Positions 43,801-53,883 of a stretch of DNA of 64,000 nt are shown here, in pieces. Positions within the stretch are counted from its first letter, which is position 1. Each line of letters starts with the position of its first letter. Source of the DNA: Fistulifera solaris (lineage: Eukaryota); contig AP026144.1 in NCBI GenBank assembly GCA_030295235.1, positions 1 to 64,000 of the forward strand, written 5' to 3'. A model generated the notes under the pieces. The model was not told the origin of the DNA. It saw only the letters and a program-made list of their open reading frames with translations, and ran no database searches. The position numbers and the translations under genes are program-made.

Positions 43801-44519
43801 ATCAGTTTCCAAGGTAAAAGTCGCATCGGATCCCGAGTCATCTGTCGATTCTCCATATAAGATATCCGGTTGCATACGGAATTGCGCATAATCCTTGATT
43901 CGTTGCTTGGATCGTCGTGATCCTTTTGCAAGGCTTGTTCCATGATTCCATCGACAACACACGCATTTCCCAGTTGTTGCGTATAGCTCTCCGTCAATTG
44001 TACTAATTTGACCAATTGGTGATTCATTTCACGTTGTCGTTGTTGATCTGCCTTTATTTTCTGTTGATAGGCAATGACTTTTTCCAATTGCGTCCACCAC
44101 TGCTGGACTCGCGCAGCATGTCGATTAGCGACTTTTCGTTGTTTTTGCCGCGCCGCTTGACATTGGCGCTGTCGTCGTTGCTCACGATTCGCCAAGTCTT
44201 GTACAACCGCATTCGCAATCTTCTTCCGACCCGCTTTGTGTCGTTTTCGTTCGGCAGTGAAATCGGCCGCGAGCCATTGCATTTCTTTGATTAAATAATC
44301 CCAATGTGTGTCGGTCTTTTCGACTGTCATTACAACATCTACAATGGACGATTCGGTATGACTAGCTGTTGTAGTACTAGTAGTTGTTTTGTTATGGTTG
44401 GCTCGTTTGACGAAAGGCTCTACCGTGACAGCTGGAAGACGTTCCTGTAGAACAGATTGACGATACAAGAGTTCATCGTACGTCCAATCGCTCCAGTCCA
44501 TCGCGTTAGGATCGCTCAT
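37891..44519 (-). CDS. SWR1: SWR1/SRCAP-type H2A.Z-exchange ATPase with C-terminal WW, F-box and beta-helix extension; multi-exon, several frameshifts
   Basis: HSA (THWDYLIKEMQWLAADF..ERK), LREYQ..GL.WL, NGILAD/EMGLGKT, LDEAQNIKNF, LLLTGTPLQN, QLRKVCNHPDLFEPR, DSGKLQ, DRAHRIGQTREVHIYRL. Confidence 0.95.
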
Positions 44520-44987
44520 TGTTGTAAGTTAATGTGTATTTCTTGATGAAAGGTGATTATATTATATCTAGAGTACGCAACAAAGGAATAAGTACTAACA
44601 ATAACGCATCATTTCGATCGCATCGTTTCGTCTTTCATCGTCGCCCCTTGCGTCGCCTCACCTTTTTCGACCGTCCGTCGTCAGAACTACTACCAGTCTA
44701 CTTTCACAGTGAGGTTTGCTGTCATTGTGACGTTGCTTACAAGACTGAAACCTCTAACCGCAGTCATGAAAAGGGATGCTTGCACTTGGGAGAGCAGTCC
44801 TATAGTTCATAAATATGTCATAACAGTAGAGCGTCTGTCTTCGTACGCAACTGGACACGCAGTCGCAACAAACAGTAACAGGAAACAACAACAACGGCAG
44901 TCTATAATATTATATACTTTGTACTTGCAAAATAAGACTTGCGGAGTATTTCCTTTTAAAAACAAACAAAGAAAGGAAGAAACGAAT

Positions 44988-45713
44988 ATGTTTGATATAT
45001 CGTGGGGAGAAATGGGCATACTCATCGGCGTTACGACATTCTTCATCGGCAAACAAGACTTGCCCAAGGCCGCACGATACGCTGGAACGTATGTAGGACG
45101 TTTTGTTGGATTTATACAAGGAGCTCGAGCGCGAGCGGATCGTTTTGCGGCGAATCATGAATTGAAACAATTACAGAATGAATTGCGATCGGGATTGCGA
45201 GAATTGGATGTTGTCAAATCGGAATTAGCGACGTCCTTGTCTTCGCGAGGGATGATGGGGCGCACATTGGGGAGTACTGTGAAGGGAGTCAATCGCACGG
45301 ATTTAATTACCAACACACAGAGCAATGTACATCCACAAACACCATTGTCGTTGCCTTCCGTAACTTCACCAGCGATATCAACTACACAATTCAATCCGAC
45401 AACGACACCACTAGTTAGTCCTACAATACCACTTCCACCGCAAAGACAAACTATGGGTGCGGTTGCCGAAGAAGAATGGAAGCGACAAGGGATTGATTTT
45501 ATTTCCAGAGCAGAACGTGGTACTAATAGTCGAATGAATGTCGAAAAATCAGGATCGGCGACACTGGCGTTCTTGTTAAAAGAAAGTTTATTGTTTTCGC
45601 AATACGATCGCATGGTACAAGAGCAAGAGCAAGCTTTGCAAAAACGAATGACAGCTACGGAAGAACAGTTTCAAGCACATCGGGATTTAACCAAGGAAGA
45701 GAAACGAGAATGA
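44988..45713 (+). CDS. tatB: TatB-like protein, probably mitochondrial Tat subunit
   Basis: MFDISWGE + TM + IGKQDLP + amphipathic helix, matching the bacterial TatB N-terminus (MFDIGFSE...GP..LP); no presequence. Confidence 0.8.
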   Translation: MFDISWGEMGILIGVTTFFIGKQDLPKAARYAGTYVGRFVGFIQGARARADRFAANHELKQLQNELRSGLRELDVVKSELATSLSSRGMMGRTLGSTVKGVNRTDLITNTQSNVHPQTPLSLPSVTSPAISTTQFNPTTTPLVSPTIPLPPQRQTMGAVAEEEWKRQGIDFISRAERGTNSRMNVEKSGSATLAFLLKESLLFSQYDRMVQEQEQALQKRMTATEEQFQAHRDLTKEEKRE

Positions 45714-45763
45714 CGAAGCTCGCACAATTTATTAACAACGCTGAAAATTGCTCTGAGTCACGA

Positions 45764-45832
45764 ATCAGAAATTCAGAACTTCCTCATTCACTCATTGTTC
45801 ACGACTGAATGTCGAAGTTCTGAATTTCTGAT
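45764..45832. repeat. Perfect 19-bp inverted repeat, 31-nt loop
   Basis: ATCAGAAATTCAGAACTTC (45764-45782) and GAAGTTCTGAATTTCTGAT (45814-45832). Confidence 0.9.
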
Positions 45833-46056
45833 GGCGTTGTTCGGAAAAGAGAAACGCAAAACAAAAAGCATCGCATCACAGAAAAAAAAGAAAAAAAAGA
45901 TACCATTTTGAGTTCCAAAGGTGACAGCAACGCAATTCAAAGAAAGAGCGAACACTGTTACAGAAGGCGGTTCTGATTTCTTCGACTGTATTCGTTTTCG
46001 GCGTGTCTCGTCCTGTTTTCATTTGCATTCAAAAGATCAAAAGAAGAGAGGAGAGG

Positions 46057-46785
46057 ATGTTCGTAACTAGAATGTTACCATGGCTTCTTCCCTTCGCTTG
46101 GGATGGAGCATGGAAAAGAGGCGTCTATGGAGGATTAGAAGTTTCCATCATGACAGTTTTCCTTACGTTCATTCTCGAAATGTGTTCACTGCCGACCGTA
46201 CGACAGGTTCTGAAACAACCGGGCGGATTGCATCTTTACCAAACGGCTCTCTTCTACAATATACGCAATCATTTTGGCTGGGGTATTCCGACGTATGCGA
46301 TTGCCGTCGTTTACTTGTGTCCTACTTTAGAACGGCCGCTTTGGTCGATGGCGTTGCACGTGCTGGCGCTGATTGTGTTACACGACCTTATGTACTATTA
46401 TGCGCATAAAACCTTTCATACCGCACCCGGGTGGTATCAGTACCACAAATTCCACCACCAATTTCATTTTCACACACCACCCGTGACAGCCAACGCTGTC
46501 ACCAGAGTCGAATACATGCTCGCTTATGTATTGCCGTTTGCCTTGGCGGCGGCTTTGGTTCGACCGACGGAATGGGAATTGCGTGTCGCTGTGTCGATTA
46601 TAAGTGTATTCAATCTGTTGGAGCATACACCGCGACTGGATGGGTTGTCGTGGCCGCGTTGGTTGGTGAGTCCTAAGCAGCACTTGGAGCATCATCGCAA
46701 GGGGACGCTGCACTACGCGGCACCAGTGTTTAACATGGATTGGTTTCATGAATGTTGGAAGTCAAACATGGTAAAAGGTCTGTAA
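46057..46785 (+). CDS. Fatty acid hydroxylase/sterol desaturase family protein (copy 1)
   Basis: His boxes YYYAHKTFH, YHKFHH, HLEHH; hydrophobic segments. Confidence 0.9.
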   Translation: MFVTRMLPWLLPFAWDGAWKRGVYGGLEVSIMTVFLTFILEMCSLPTVRQVLKQPGGLHLYQTALFYNIRNHFGWGIPTYAIAVVYLCPTLERPLWSMALHVLALIVLHDLMYYYAHKTFHTAPGWYQYHKFHHQFHFHTPPVTANAVTRVEYMLAYVLPFALAAALVRPTEWELRVAVSIISVFNLLEHTPRLDGLSWPRWLVSPKQHLEHHRKGTLHYAAPVFNMDWFHECWKSNMVKGL

Positions 46786-46879
46786 AATTTACGTCAATTG
46801 TGGAAATAAAGTAAAGTAACCCTGTAGAACGGATTTGGGAATACAATTTCATAGCTTAGTGAAATATGTTGTCCATCCA

Positions 46880-48733
46880 TTAGGTGTCTGATACCAAGGA
46901 TCGATACTCGTCCTCCGACAGAGCATCTAAGCGGATATCTTTAATGGCAATCAAATGTTGCTGTGTCATTCTTTGAAGAACCAAAATGCGAGAGAACGAT
47001 ACCTTCCATTCCAAGCCGCAGGGTTGAGTCCATTGCCAGTCACCGCAAGTATTGGGTACATCAATTTGACGTTGCTCTTGTCCTTTCCAACCAATCTGCA
47101 AAGGATCGACATTGCGTTTGATGACGCATATGCGCAATGAAACTTTGTAATGCAAATTGACATTCTCCTGATTCGAGGGAATCTCGTATTCCAAGGATAT
47201 TGGACCATTTAATAATAATTGCATTCCACCCAAGCAGCTTTTCGGAAACCACGCCTTGTTCGGAGGGCGCTTTAATGGAGAGGCCGCCGGTATGATTATG
47301 GTACCCGAATTCTTGTCCACGTGAGCGTTTTCATCCATAATTGGAGCATCAACCAACATTTGAATTTTGTTGCGGAAAACAGAGGACGAACGAGGATACG
47401 ACACACCCATGGAGGTGCTCGTCGACGATGCGTGTTGGACAAGTTTTTGACATTTCATCAACGCTAAAGACAGCCAGATATTTTGTCCAGACGGCTGAAA
47501 GTCCATTTGAACAATCGAATCACGATCTCCTTTGCTTGCTTTGGAACGAATAGCGTACCAAGTCATGGGCACTATTTGTCGAAAGAAATCCATCTCGCCC
47601 AATAAGTTACGTACTTGCGTCTCCAATTGGAAATGCAACCCACAACGACCTTCCCAAAAGTTAGCCCGAAAACCTCCTCCCAAATTGGTTTCCCACCCGT
47701 GTTCAGTCCAGCGTGCCATAGCGGCGTGTCCCTGCTGCTTCGCACCCCAAGTAGGAATGCCGAATGCTTTGCAAATAAAGCGACCGTACCAAGCCCTCGG
47801 TCCGCATTTCCCCCCACCTTGCAAGATTTGATCGTAACTTTGGTATCCCTTGTACCAGTCCGGTGCTTTGTAGGGAACGTCCGTTTTGACCATTTCCGAG
47901 TAGCGCCATTGCGGTGCCGATGCGTACAACAATTGCGGTCGAAAGTTCCGTAACGCCTCTCGTCCCCAATTTAGTGACGCTGAATCTGCATCACTGTTGA
48001 TGACATACCGCAATTCGAATACTGAAAAATGCTCAAAATAAGGATCAAGATCGCCTTGTAAAAATGCATTTTCGTAATGACGATAACGTTCGATGGGATC
48101 GACGAATTGGTCCGGTTGTCCAAATATAGGTAAAGGTACACACAATTCGAGTGCCGCCGCCAAGGCTAATTTGTCCCACAAGGCGGCATGCGCTGGAGGC
48201 GATTCGTCTTGTATGATTTCTTGCAATTGCATATAAATAGCGAGTGCCTGACTCGTCGCGTCTTGCAAAGGACCTCCCGCCAGAAGAATTTGTTCTTGCA
48301 ACTCGAAATCGTGTTGCAAAAAGTCGAGACACTGCTCTTGTAACGGCGCTTTCGCCCAGTTAGCGGGAGTATGTGATTTCAGTAAGATATAGGTCATCCA
48401 TTCGTTTTTTAGAGAAGCTGGTAGAGGAAATTGAGAATCGAACTCATCCGCGACAGCTTCATATTCGTGCTGGACTTCTTTCAGGGCTTTGTCGACAAAC
48501 ACGGTTTGTTCTTCGACTCGCGCTTGTGCTGCTGCAATATCGTGTGTCGTAATAGCGTTGTTCTGTCGTGCTTTAATCTGCAAGACACCTTTTTCTTTGT
48601 CGAGTCTTTGTTTCGCAATTTGGGCTTCTTCGAGTCTTTTGAAAGCATCCAGTAACGACGAAGGAATGATAGGAACCGCAAGTTTCGCTTCCAAATCCTT
48701 CATCCATTCATTGTAGAACTCTATTTCCGGCAT
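46880..48733 (-). CDS. Hypothetical protein with transglutaminase-like Cys/His motif and beta-sandwich C-terminus
   Basis: 617-aa intronless ORF; GGKCGPRAWYGRFICKAFGIP...QGHAA...W. Confidence 0.65.
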   Translation of the reverse strand: MPEIEFYNEWMKDLEAKLAVPIIPSSLLDAFKRLEEAQIAKQRLDKEKGVLQIKARQNNAITTHDIAAAQARVEEQTVFVDKALKEVQHEYEAVADEFDSQFPLPASLKNEWMTYILLKSHTPANWAKAPLQEQCLDFLQHDFELQEQILLAGGPLQDATSQALAIYMQLQEIIQDESPPAHAALWDKLALAAALELCVPLPIFGQPDQFVDPIERYRHYENAFLQGDLDPYFEHFSVFELRYVINSDADSASLNWGREALRNFRPQLLYASAPQWRYSEMVKTDVPYKAPDWYKGYQSYDQILQGGGKCGPRAWYGRFICKAFGIPTWGAKQQGHAAMARWTEHGWETNLGGGFRANFWEGRCGLHFQLETQVRNLLGEMDFFRQIVPMTWYAIRSKASKGDRDSIVQMDFQPSGQNIWLSLALMKCQKLVQHASSTSTSMGVSYPRSSSVFRNKIQMLVDAPIMDENAHVDKNSGTIIIPAASPLKRPPNKAWFPKSCLGGMQLLLNGPISLEYEIPSNQENVNLHYKVSLRICVIKRNVDPLQIGWKGQEQRQIDVPNTCGDWQWTQPCGLEWKVSFSRILVLQRMTQQHLIAIKDIRLDALSEDEYRSLVSDT

Positions 48734-49006
48734 TATGAATCAAAATAGTTATGAATGATAACAGTTAGCATACAAGGCAACAACAACAAAGAATAATGTC
48801 GAATGAAAGAGGAATGACTTATTTTTCGTTTTCGGATCTATCATTTGCTCTCATGGCTGAAATCTGAAATCCAGTCGTGGTGAAAAACAGACTACATTCT
48901 ATCTTACAGTACAATGAGAAATATACACAGTTTGAGTTGACGAAATAGCATACCGGTTACCGGTACTGGTACTGGTAATTAATTGACGTCAGATCAATTG
49001 CACCGT

Positions 49007-49043
49007 TTTCAGAATTTCTGGAGCCTGCACAGAAATTCTGAAA
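49007..49043. repeat. Perfect 14-bp inverted repeat, 9-nt loop
   Basis: TTTCAGAATTTCTG and CAGAAATTCTGAAA. Confidence 0.88.
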
Positions 49044-49275
49044 GATCTACTCAGATTTATTGGAGAATACACAAAATTTCTGTATGCTCTAAAACACTCG
49101 TAGTTGCAAGTAGATCTCGTTGAGAGCAGCAAGAACAAGCAAATTGATTTTATTTTAATCGATTAGATCTACAATACTTGTGGTATTAGTTGAATTGGCA
49201 AAAGCTGTAAGTGTTGGGATTTGCCGCATTCTTCATGTAATAAGCAGGTTTCATAATTCTCTGTTTATGAAAGAG

Positions 49276-50043
49276 TCAATTCTTCGGATCAGCGATAAAG
49301 ATCGGACGCAACAAAGATGTACACTGTTCAACAAACCAATCGACATTGCAAAATGGAGATGCGTAATGCACCGTGACTTTACGATGATGATCCAAATGTT
49401 GATGGGGACTCACCAAGCAGGCCGGCCAATACGGTAGAGAATCGAGACGGGGCGTGTGCACCAATAGATTCAACACACTCAGTACAATCACAGCAATCTT
49501 CATCTCCCCTTCCGTTGCCCCTACTAGTGCTGCAATGCCCCCGAAGGGTAAGACGTAAGCCACCAGATATTCAACGACGCTGACTGCATTCGCTGCCGAT
49601 GGAGGCGTATGCACGTTGAAACGGTGATGAAATCTATGATATTGGTAAAGTTCGGGTGACGAGTGGAAAGTTTTGTGAACCTGATAGTAAACAAGGTTCT
49701 GCAAGAGAATGACGGATAGTATATTGGCGATTGTTTTTAAAATGTTGTTGTGGCTCTGTGACGTAAGAGGAGCGCACAAGAAAGCGACGGCCACAGCATA
49801 CGTCGGAATACCGAGTAAGCAGTGATTCCGGAAGTTATACCAAATGGCCGTAAGATACAAAGACGAACCGTCCGTTTGTTTCAAAACGCTCTTGACGGTA
49901 GGCAATGAACAAAGCTCAAGCACGACCGTCAAGACAATCGTTCCTACGGCCACTTCGCAACCGCCGTACGCTCCATCAATCAACTTAACCATCCATTCAT
50001 GGTGTGAGGACGACAATATCGTACTGTAAAATGATTGCACCAT
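49276..50043 (-). CDS. Fatty acid hydroxylase/sterol desaturase family protein (copy 2)
   Basis: YYQVHKTFH, YHRFHH, HLDHH; clear paralog of 46057-46785. Confidence 0.9.
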   Translation of the reverse strand: MVQSFYSTILSSSHHEWMVKLIDGAYGGCEVAVGTIVLTVVLELCSLPTVKSVLKQTDGSSLYLTAIWYNFRNHCLLGIPTYAVAVAFLCAPLTSQSHNNILKTIANILSVILLQNLVYYQVHKTFHSSPELYQYHRFHHRFNVHTPPSAANAVSVVEYLVAYVLPFGGIAALVGATEGEMKIAVIVLSVLNLLVHTPRLDSLPYWPACLVSPHQHLDHHRKVTVHYASPFCNVDWFVEQCTSLLRPIFIADPKN

Positions 50044-50407
50044 GGCGATGAGGACTACCAGTTATCAGAACTATCCACAGAATACTTTTTATGTTCGTTT
50101 AGCGAAAGAAAACATGCAATGAAGGATCTTCACCTTCCTTATTCTTTGCGCGTTCTACGCGTTTGACTGACACTCATGACTCGAGTAGTTCATTCGTGGT
50201 TCGGGAACTGGACTGACTATCAAACAAATTGCAAAGGATACACGACTCATTTCAGTCCCGATTCCCGATAAGCAGTTATGCTTTATTATACTCCGTACGT
50301 TCTTTCTTGCTTGCCCTTTCATTTCTGCAAGCGGCTGCAAAATTACTTTGCGACTTGCTCCTACTTTTTTACATGGAAGTGTTGCTTACTATTTTAATAC
50401 ATGGAAA

Positions 50408-51103
50408 CTACTTGACACCAGTAAGGTTCACTGTACTAGGCACCCAATTCTCCTTATGAATGTCTTCCACAATCCAATTTGCCAAATCGGCGCGATCGGT
50501 GTGAATGCTGGGTGACTTTTGCGTATCACCAAAGGTCACTAGCTTTCCAGTGGCACGATTGTCGGTCAATGCCGTAGCACGGACAACAGTCGTGCGAGAA
50601 CGGAGTTCAGGGCTCCTAAAGACAGCTTCCTGTTCCGAATGATCGACCAAAATGTGACGAAGATAGAAGGTGATCAGTTGACCAATACCCATACCGACAA
50701 TGATTTTGGACGGACCAGCACCTGTACTAGAGACCACCACCACACGAATGTGCTGGAAGGCGGGCTGCAACAAGACGTTGTGAATTACCTTGGCCGAGAC
50801 GGCTCGAATATCATCCTTGGCAACACTTTCACCATTGCCAATGGCAATAATAATCCAATTGGCGTTGCTACTAATTAACGCAGATTCAATATCCCTTTCT
50901 TCACGCGCATTTCCCGCAATAACCGATGTGCAGAGAGCTCGTACGCTTGGATCCAACTTCGTCGGATTGCGACAAAAGCCGTGAACCTTAGTGCCTGCTT
51001 TCTGACTCAAGGCACGGACACAAGCCACACCCGTGAGACCCGATGCACCAACGACCAAGACGGAGCAAGGTTTGAGTTGCTGTTTTGAAGAGGATGGGCT
51101 CAT
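50408..51103 (-). CDS. NAD(P)H-binding flavin reductase/BLVRB-like atypical SDR
   Basis: VLVVGASGLTG, RNPTKL, TTVVRATALTD, RADLANWI. Confidence 0.85.
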   Translation of the reverse strand: MSPSSSKQQLKPCSVLVVGASGLTGVACVRALSQKAGTKVHGFCRNPTKLDPSVRALCTSVIAGNAREERDIESALISSNANWIIIAIGNGESVAKDDIRAVSAKVIHNVLLQPAFQHIRVVVVSSTGAGPSKIIVGMGIGQLITFYLRHILVDHSEQEAVFRSPELRSRTTVVRATALTDNRATGKLVTFGDTQKSPSIHTDRADLANWIVEDIHKENWVPSTVNLTGVK

Positions 51104-51628
51104 TTTCCATTTGTTCTTTTGCGGATTTATGAGAAGAGACACACATGATAGGCGCAAACAACCGATCGAACATTCGATGCATGGTGTCAAATGGATCCCA
51201 GTAAGTCGTGATGTTCCAGAACTTTCTTGTGACTACAAAGTACTTTGGTTTTACCAGGGACCTGGTACTGTACAAGTATGTTTCTTGTTTACGAGTAAGT
51301 CCGGGCCAAGTAAAATCCTGTAAGGATAAGGCTTACTTATCACCGGTTCGCCTGACGACGGATAGTCCACTTCTCAGAAGCGGAGATAGAGATCGAGTAC
51401 CAGTATCCTCAGGCGCCGATGTTCTCATCGCGATGTTGTTGTTACCAGGTCCTCTTGCTACAAGTAATCATTTATAAACATTCGATTATTTATTCAATCC
51501 TTTCCTCTTTTTCTTGTAAGATCAAATTGTTTGTGTTTCTATAGAAACGGGCTGCCAATCTAGTCCTTTCATCTTAATAAGAGAAACCGAAAACACTTCC
51601 GACGCAACAAACAAACTCATACAACAAC

Positions 51629-52177
51629 ATGTTCTATGTCAAAACTCTTTCACACGAAATTGTCTTGGAACCAGTCCATTTCGGACAAAAATTACGCGCA
51701 ACACTCGTACGGTTGCTAAAAGAGCAAGTGGAAGGACTGGCTTTGGCGAACTATGGCTACGTCGTCAATGTCATCGAAGTACCCGAAGATCAAATCAAAT
51801 CGGGTGTCATCGAATACGATACTGGTAGTGTCATATTTACCGTCCAATACACGGCACTCTTGTTGCGCCCCTTCATTCATGAAGTACTCGATGCGGTTGT
51901 CAGTCAATGCAATCCGTTGGGCTTCTTTGCCTTTGTGGGGCCTCTCCGAATCTTTGTCAGTAAACACTCCATGCCCGAAGACATGTTCAATGGTTTTGAT
52001 GGAGAAAAGGATGCTTGGATCTCAGATGACAAGGAAGTTGTCATTGCATCAGGATCGGGAGTACGACTGAAAATCAAAGGAAGGACTGTAGAGCAGGGAA
52101 ATATTACAGCCATTGGTACTATCAAAGATAACTATTTGGGATTAATTGATGATGGAGAAGCGCAAGGCCCTGTTTAA
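51629..52177 (+). CDS. RPB7: RNA polymerase II subunit RPB7
   Basis: MFY...L.HEI.LEP.HFG, VEG.....YGYVV, RPFIHEVLDAVV, GFFAFVGPL.IFVS, AIGTIKDNYLG. Confidence 0.96.
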   Translation: MFYVKTLSHEIVLEPVHFGQKLRATLVRLLKEQVEGLALANYGYVVNVIEVPEDQIKSGVIEYDTGSVIFTVQYTALLLRPFIHEVLDAVVSQCNPLGFFAFVGPLRIFVSKHSMPEDMFNGFDGEKDAWISDDKEVVIASGSGVRLKIKGRTVEQGNITAIGTIKDNYLGLIDDGEAQGPV

Positions 52178-52299
52178 CGCAAGCGATAAATAAGTAACAA
52201 AGAATATTTCTAGTATCATCTCTATTACTCCATACCATCAATTTTTACGAAAGATAATCCGTATTGTCTATTTGTTCTTTAACGAAGTCACTTTTGCAA

Positions 52300-53242
52300 T
52301 TAATTGACTTTGAAGAGCTCGACTTCAAACTTGAGTGTTGCACCGGGAGGAATCACATCACCAGATCCAGCGTCACCATAGGCAAGATCCGAAGGAATTA
52401 CTAAAGTGGCTTTTCCACCCTCTTTCATCAATTGCAGACCTTCTTGCCATCCCTTGATGACTCCACCGAGAGGGAAACTAATCGTTTGCCCACGTTCCAC
52501 CGATGAATCAAACACGGTACCGTCGATCAACGTCTGTCGAAATAAAAGAAAGAAGAGAAAACGAAACATGCATGAGAATTTGTCGTCTTCGCTATCTTAC
52601 ATTCCCAGAATGCTTCGAGTCAGACTTACTCCGTGATAATGCACTTCGACATTCGACTGAATGGTAGGTTGCTTGCCATCCCCCTTTTCATCTCACAAAA
52701 GACCATCCCGGATGCTGTTTTGATCGCATCTTCGTTGCAATCCAAGAAATTAGCAATAAAGTCTTCTCCTTCCTGCTTGATGCGATCGGTGATACTTTGT
52801 GTTCGCTCGCCGAGGAGTTTGTTGAGCGCCGGTCCGTACGTTGTGAGCACTTCGCGGGGATCAACCGTCATTTCTTCCTTAATAGTGTCAACGAATGCTT
52901 CTAAAACAATGTCAATCTCTTCTTTATTGAGCAAAGTCTTCATATTGACACTTCCACCAACTTGAATGGCCAAGTTGGTACCCAAGGCATAAAATCGCAT
53001 CTTGTCGTCGTCTAATGTGATGCGTAAAAGAGGGTCAGTTGAATATTTGATGCTTCATTATCCTTTCAAACCATGATTTATAGCTTACCGTACGGCATAG
53101 GTGGTCGGCCTGTGGCCATGGAACGAGCCGTCGTCGATTGAAGTGCATGTTTCGCACCGAAAAGGTTTTTCGCAGTGGCGGGTACGAAAGCGCGTGCCGA
53201 AGAAAGAACAGCAGTGAGGAGCGTCATGGCGGAGATTCTCAT
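52300..53242 (-). CDS. FKBP-type PPIase with FKBP_N-like region, probably plastid-targeted; two introns, one frameshift
   Basis: [44 protein letters not shown]; signal peptide followed by ARAFVP. Confidence 0.92.
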
Positions 53243-53883
53243 TTTTGAATAATAAAGAGAAAGAGTGAGAGCAGAGACGAAGAATCGAAACGAAATAGAA
53301 AGAACGCAAAATGCCGACTCTCTAGAGAACCGAGTTTTTAGCAATTGTGTGAACAAGAATGCAACATCTCAATCGGCTTCACTCTTTGGCGCACAGAGTA
53401 TCTTTGTACGGTGGACGATGAACGTTCGACATCGCGTCAGCAACAAGCGTCCCATCGGCGCGCACCGAACTCTCTGGCGATCCTTTTTTAGTGTGAAAAA
53501 GTACAGTCCATAAATTTGATAGATTTGAGCACGTTTTGGCGGGGGCTAAATGAACAGAGAGTAAGTATACTGAGATCAACTTTTCTAAAGGTATAGCTTT
53601 GAATGCGTTATCAAATATCCGTTGGCTTCTACTGGCATCGAGAATGTGGTACTCCTCTCTATCTAATTGATTGCGGTTCAACAAACACACGCGTCTTGGC
53701 TTTTTGCATTCGATCCTCTCTCTCGTTTGATGGAAAAATAGGAGACAAGGAGAAAAGCCATGTTGTTGACTTATCTTTACAGGAAATAAAAGCTTGGATA
53801 ATCAAAGACGTCAATGAGATCTCATTTCGACTAATTAGCAGAGCCGCAAAGACTACTGAACCATCAGATAACAGACTACGACG

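Noticed and set aside
44709..44987. N-terminal extension of the TatB ORF; similar extensions at 3671, 51190 and 58893
   Set aside because: Mostly non-ATG starts or promoter-like sequence; homology begins at downstream ATGs
3872..52177. Functional chromatin/transcription cluster (SET fusion, SWR1, RPB7, UTP6)
   Set aside because: The genes are far apart and interspersed with unrelated genes; expected by chance in a gene-dense genome
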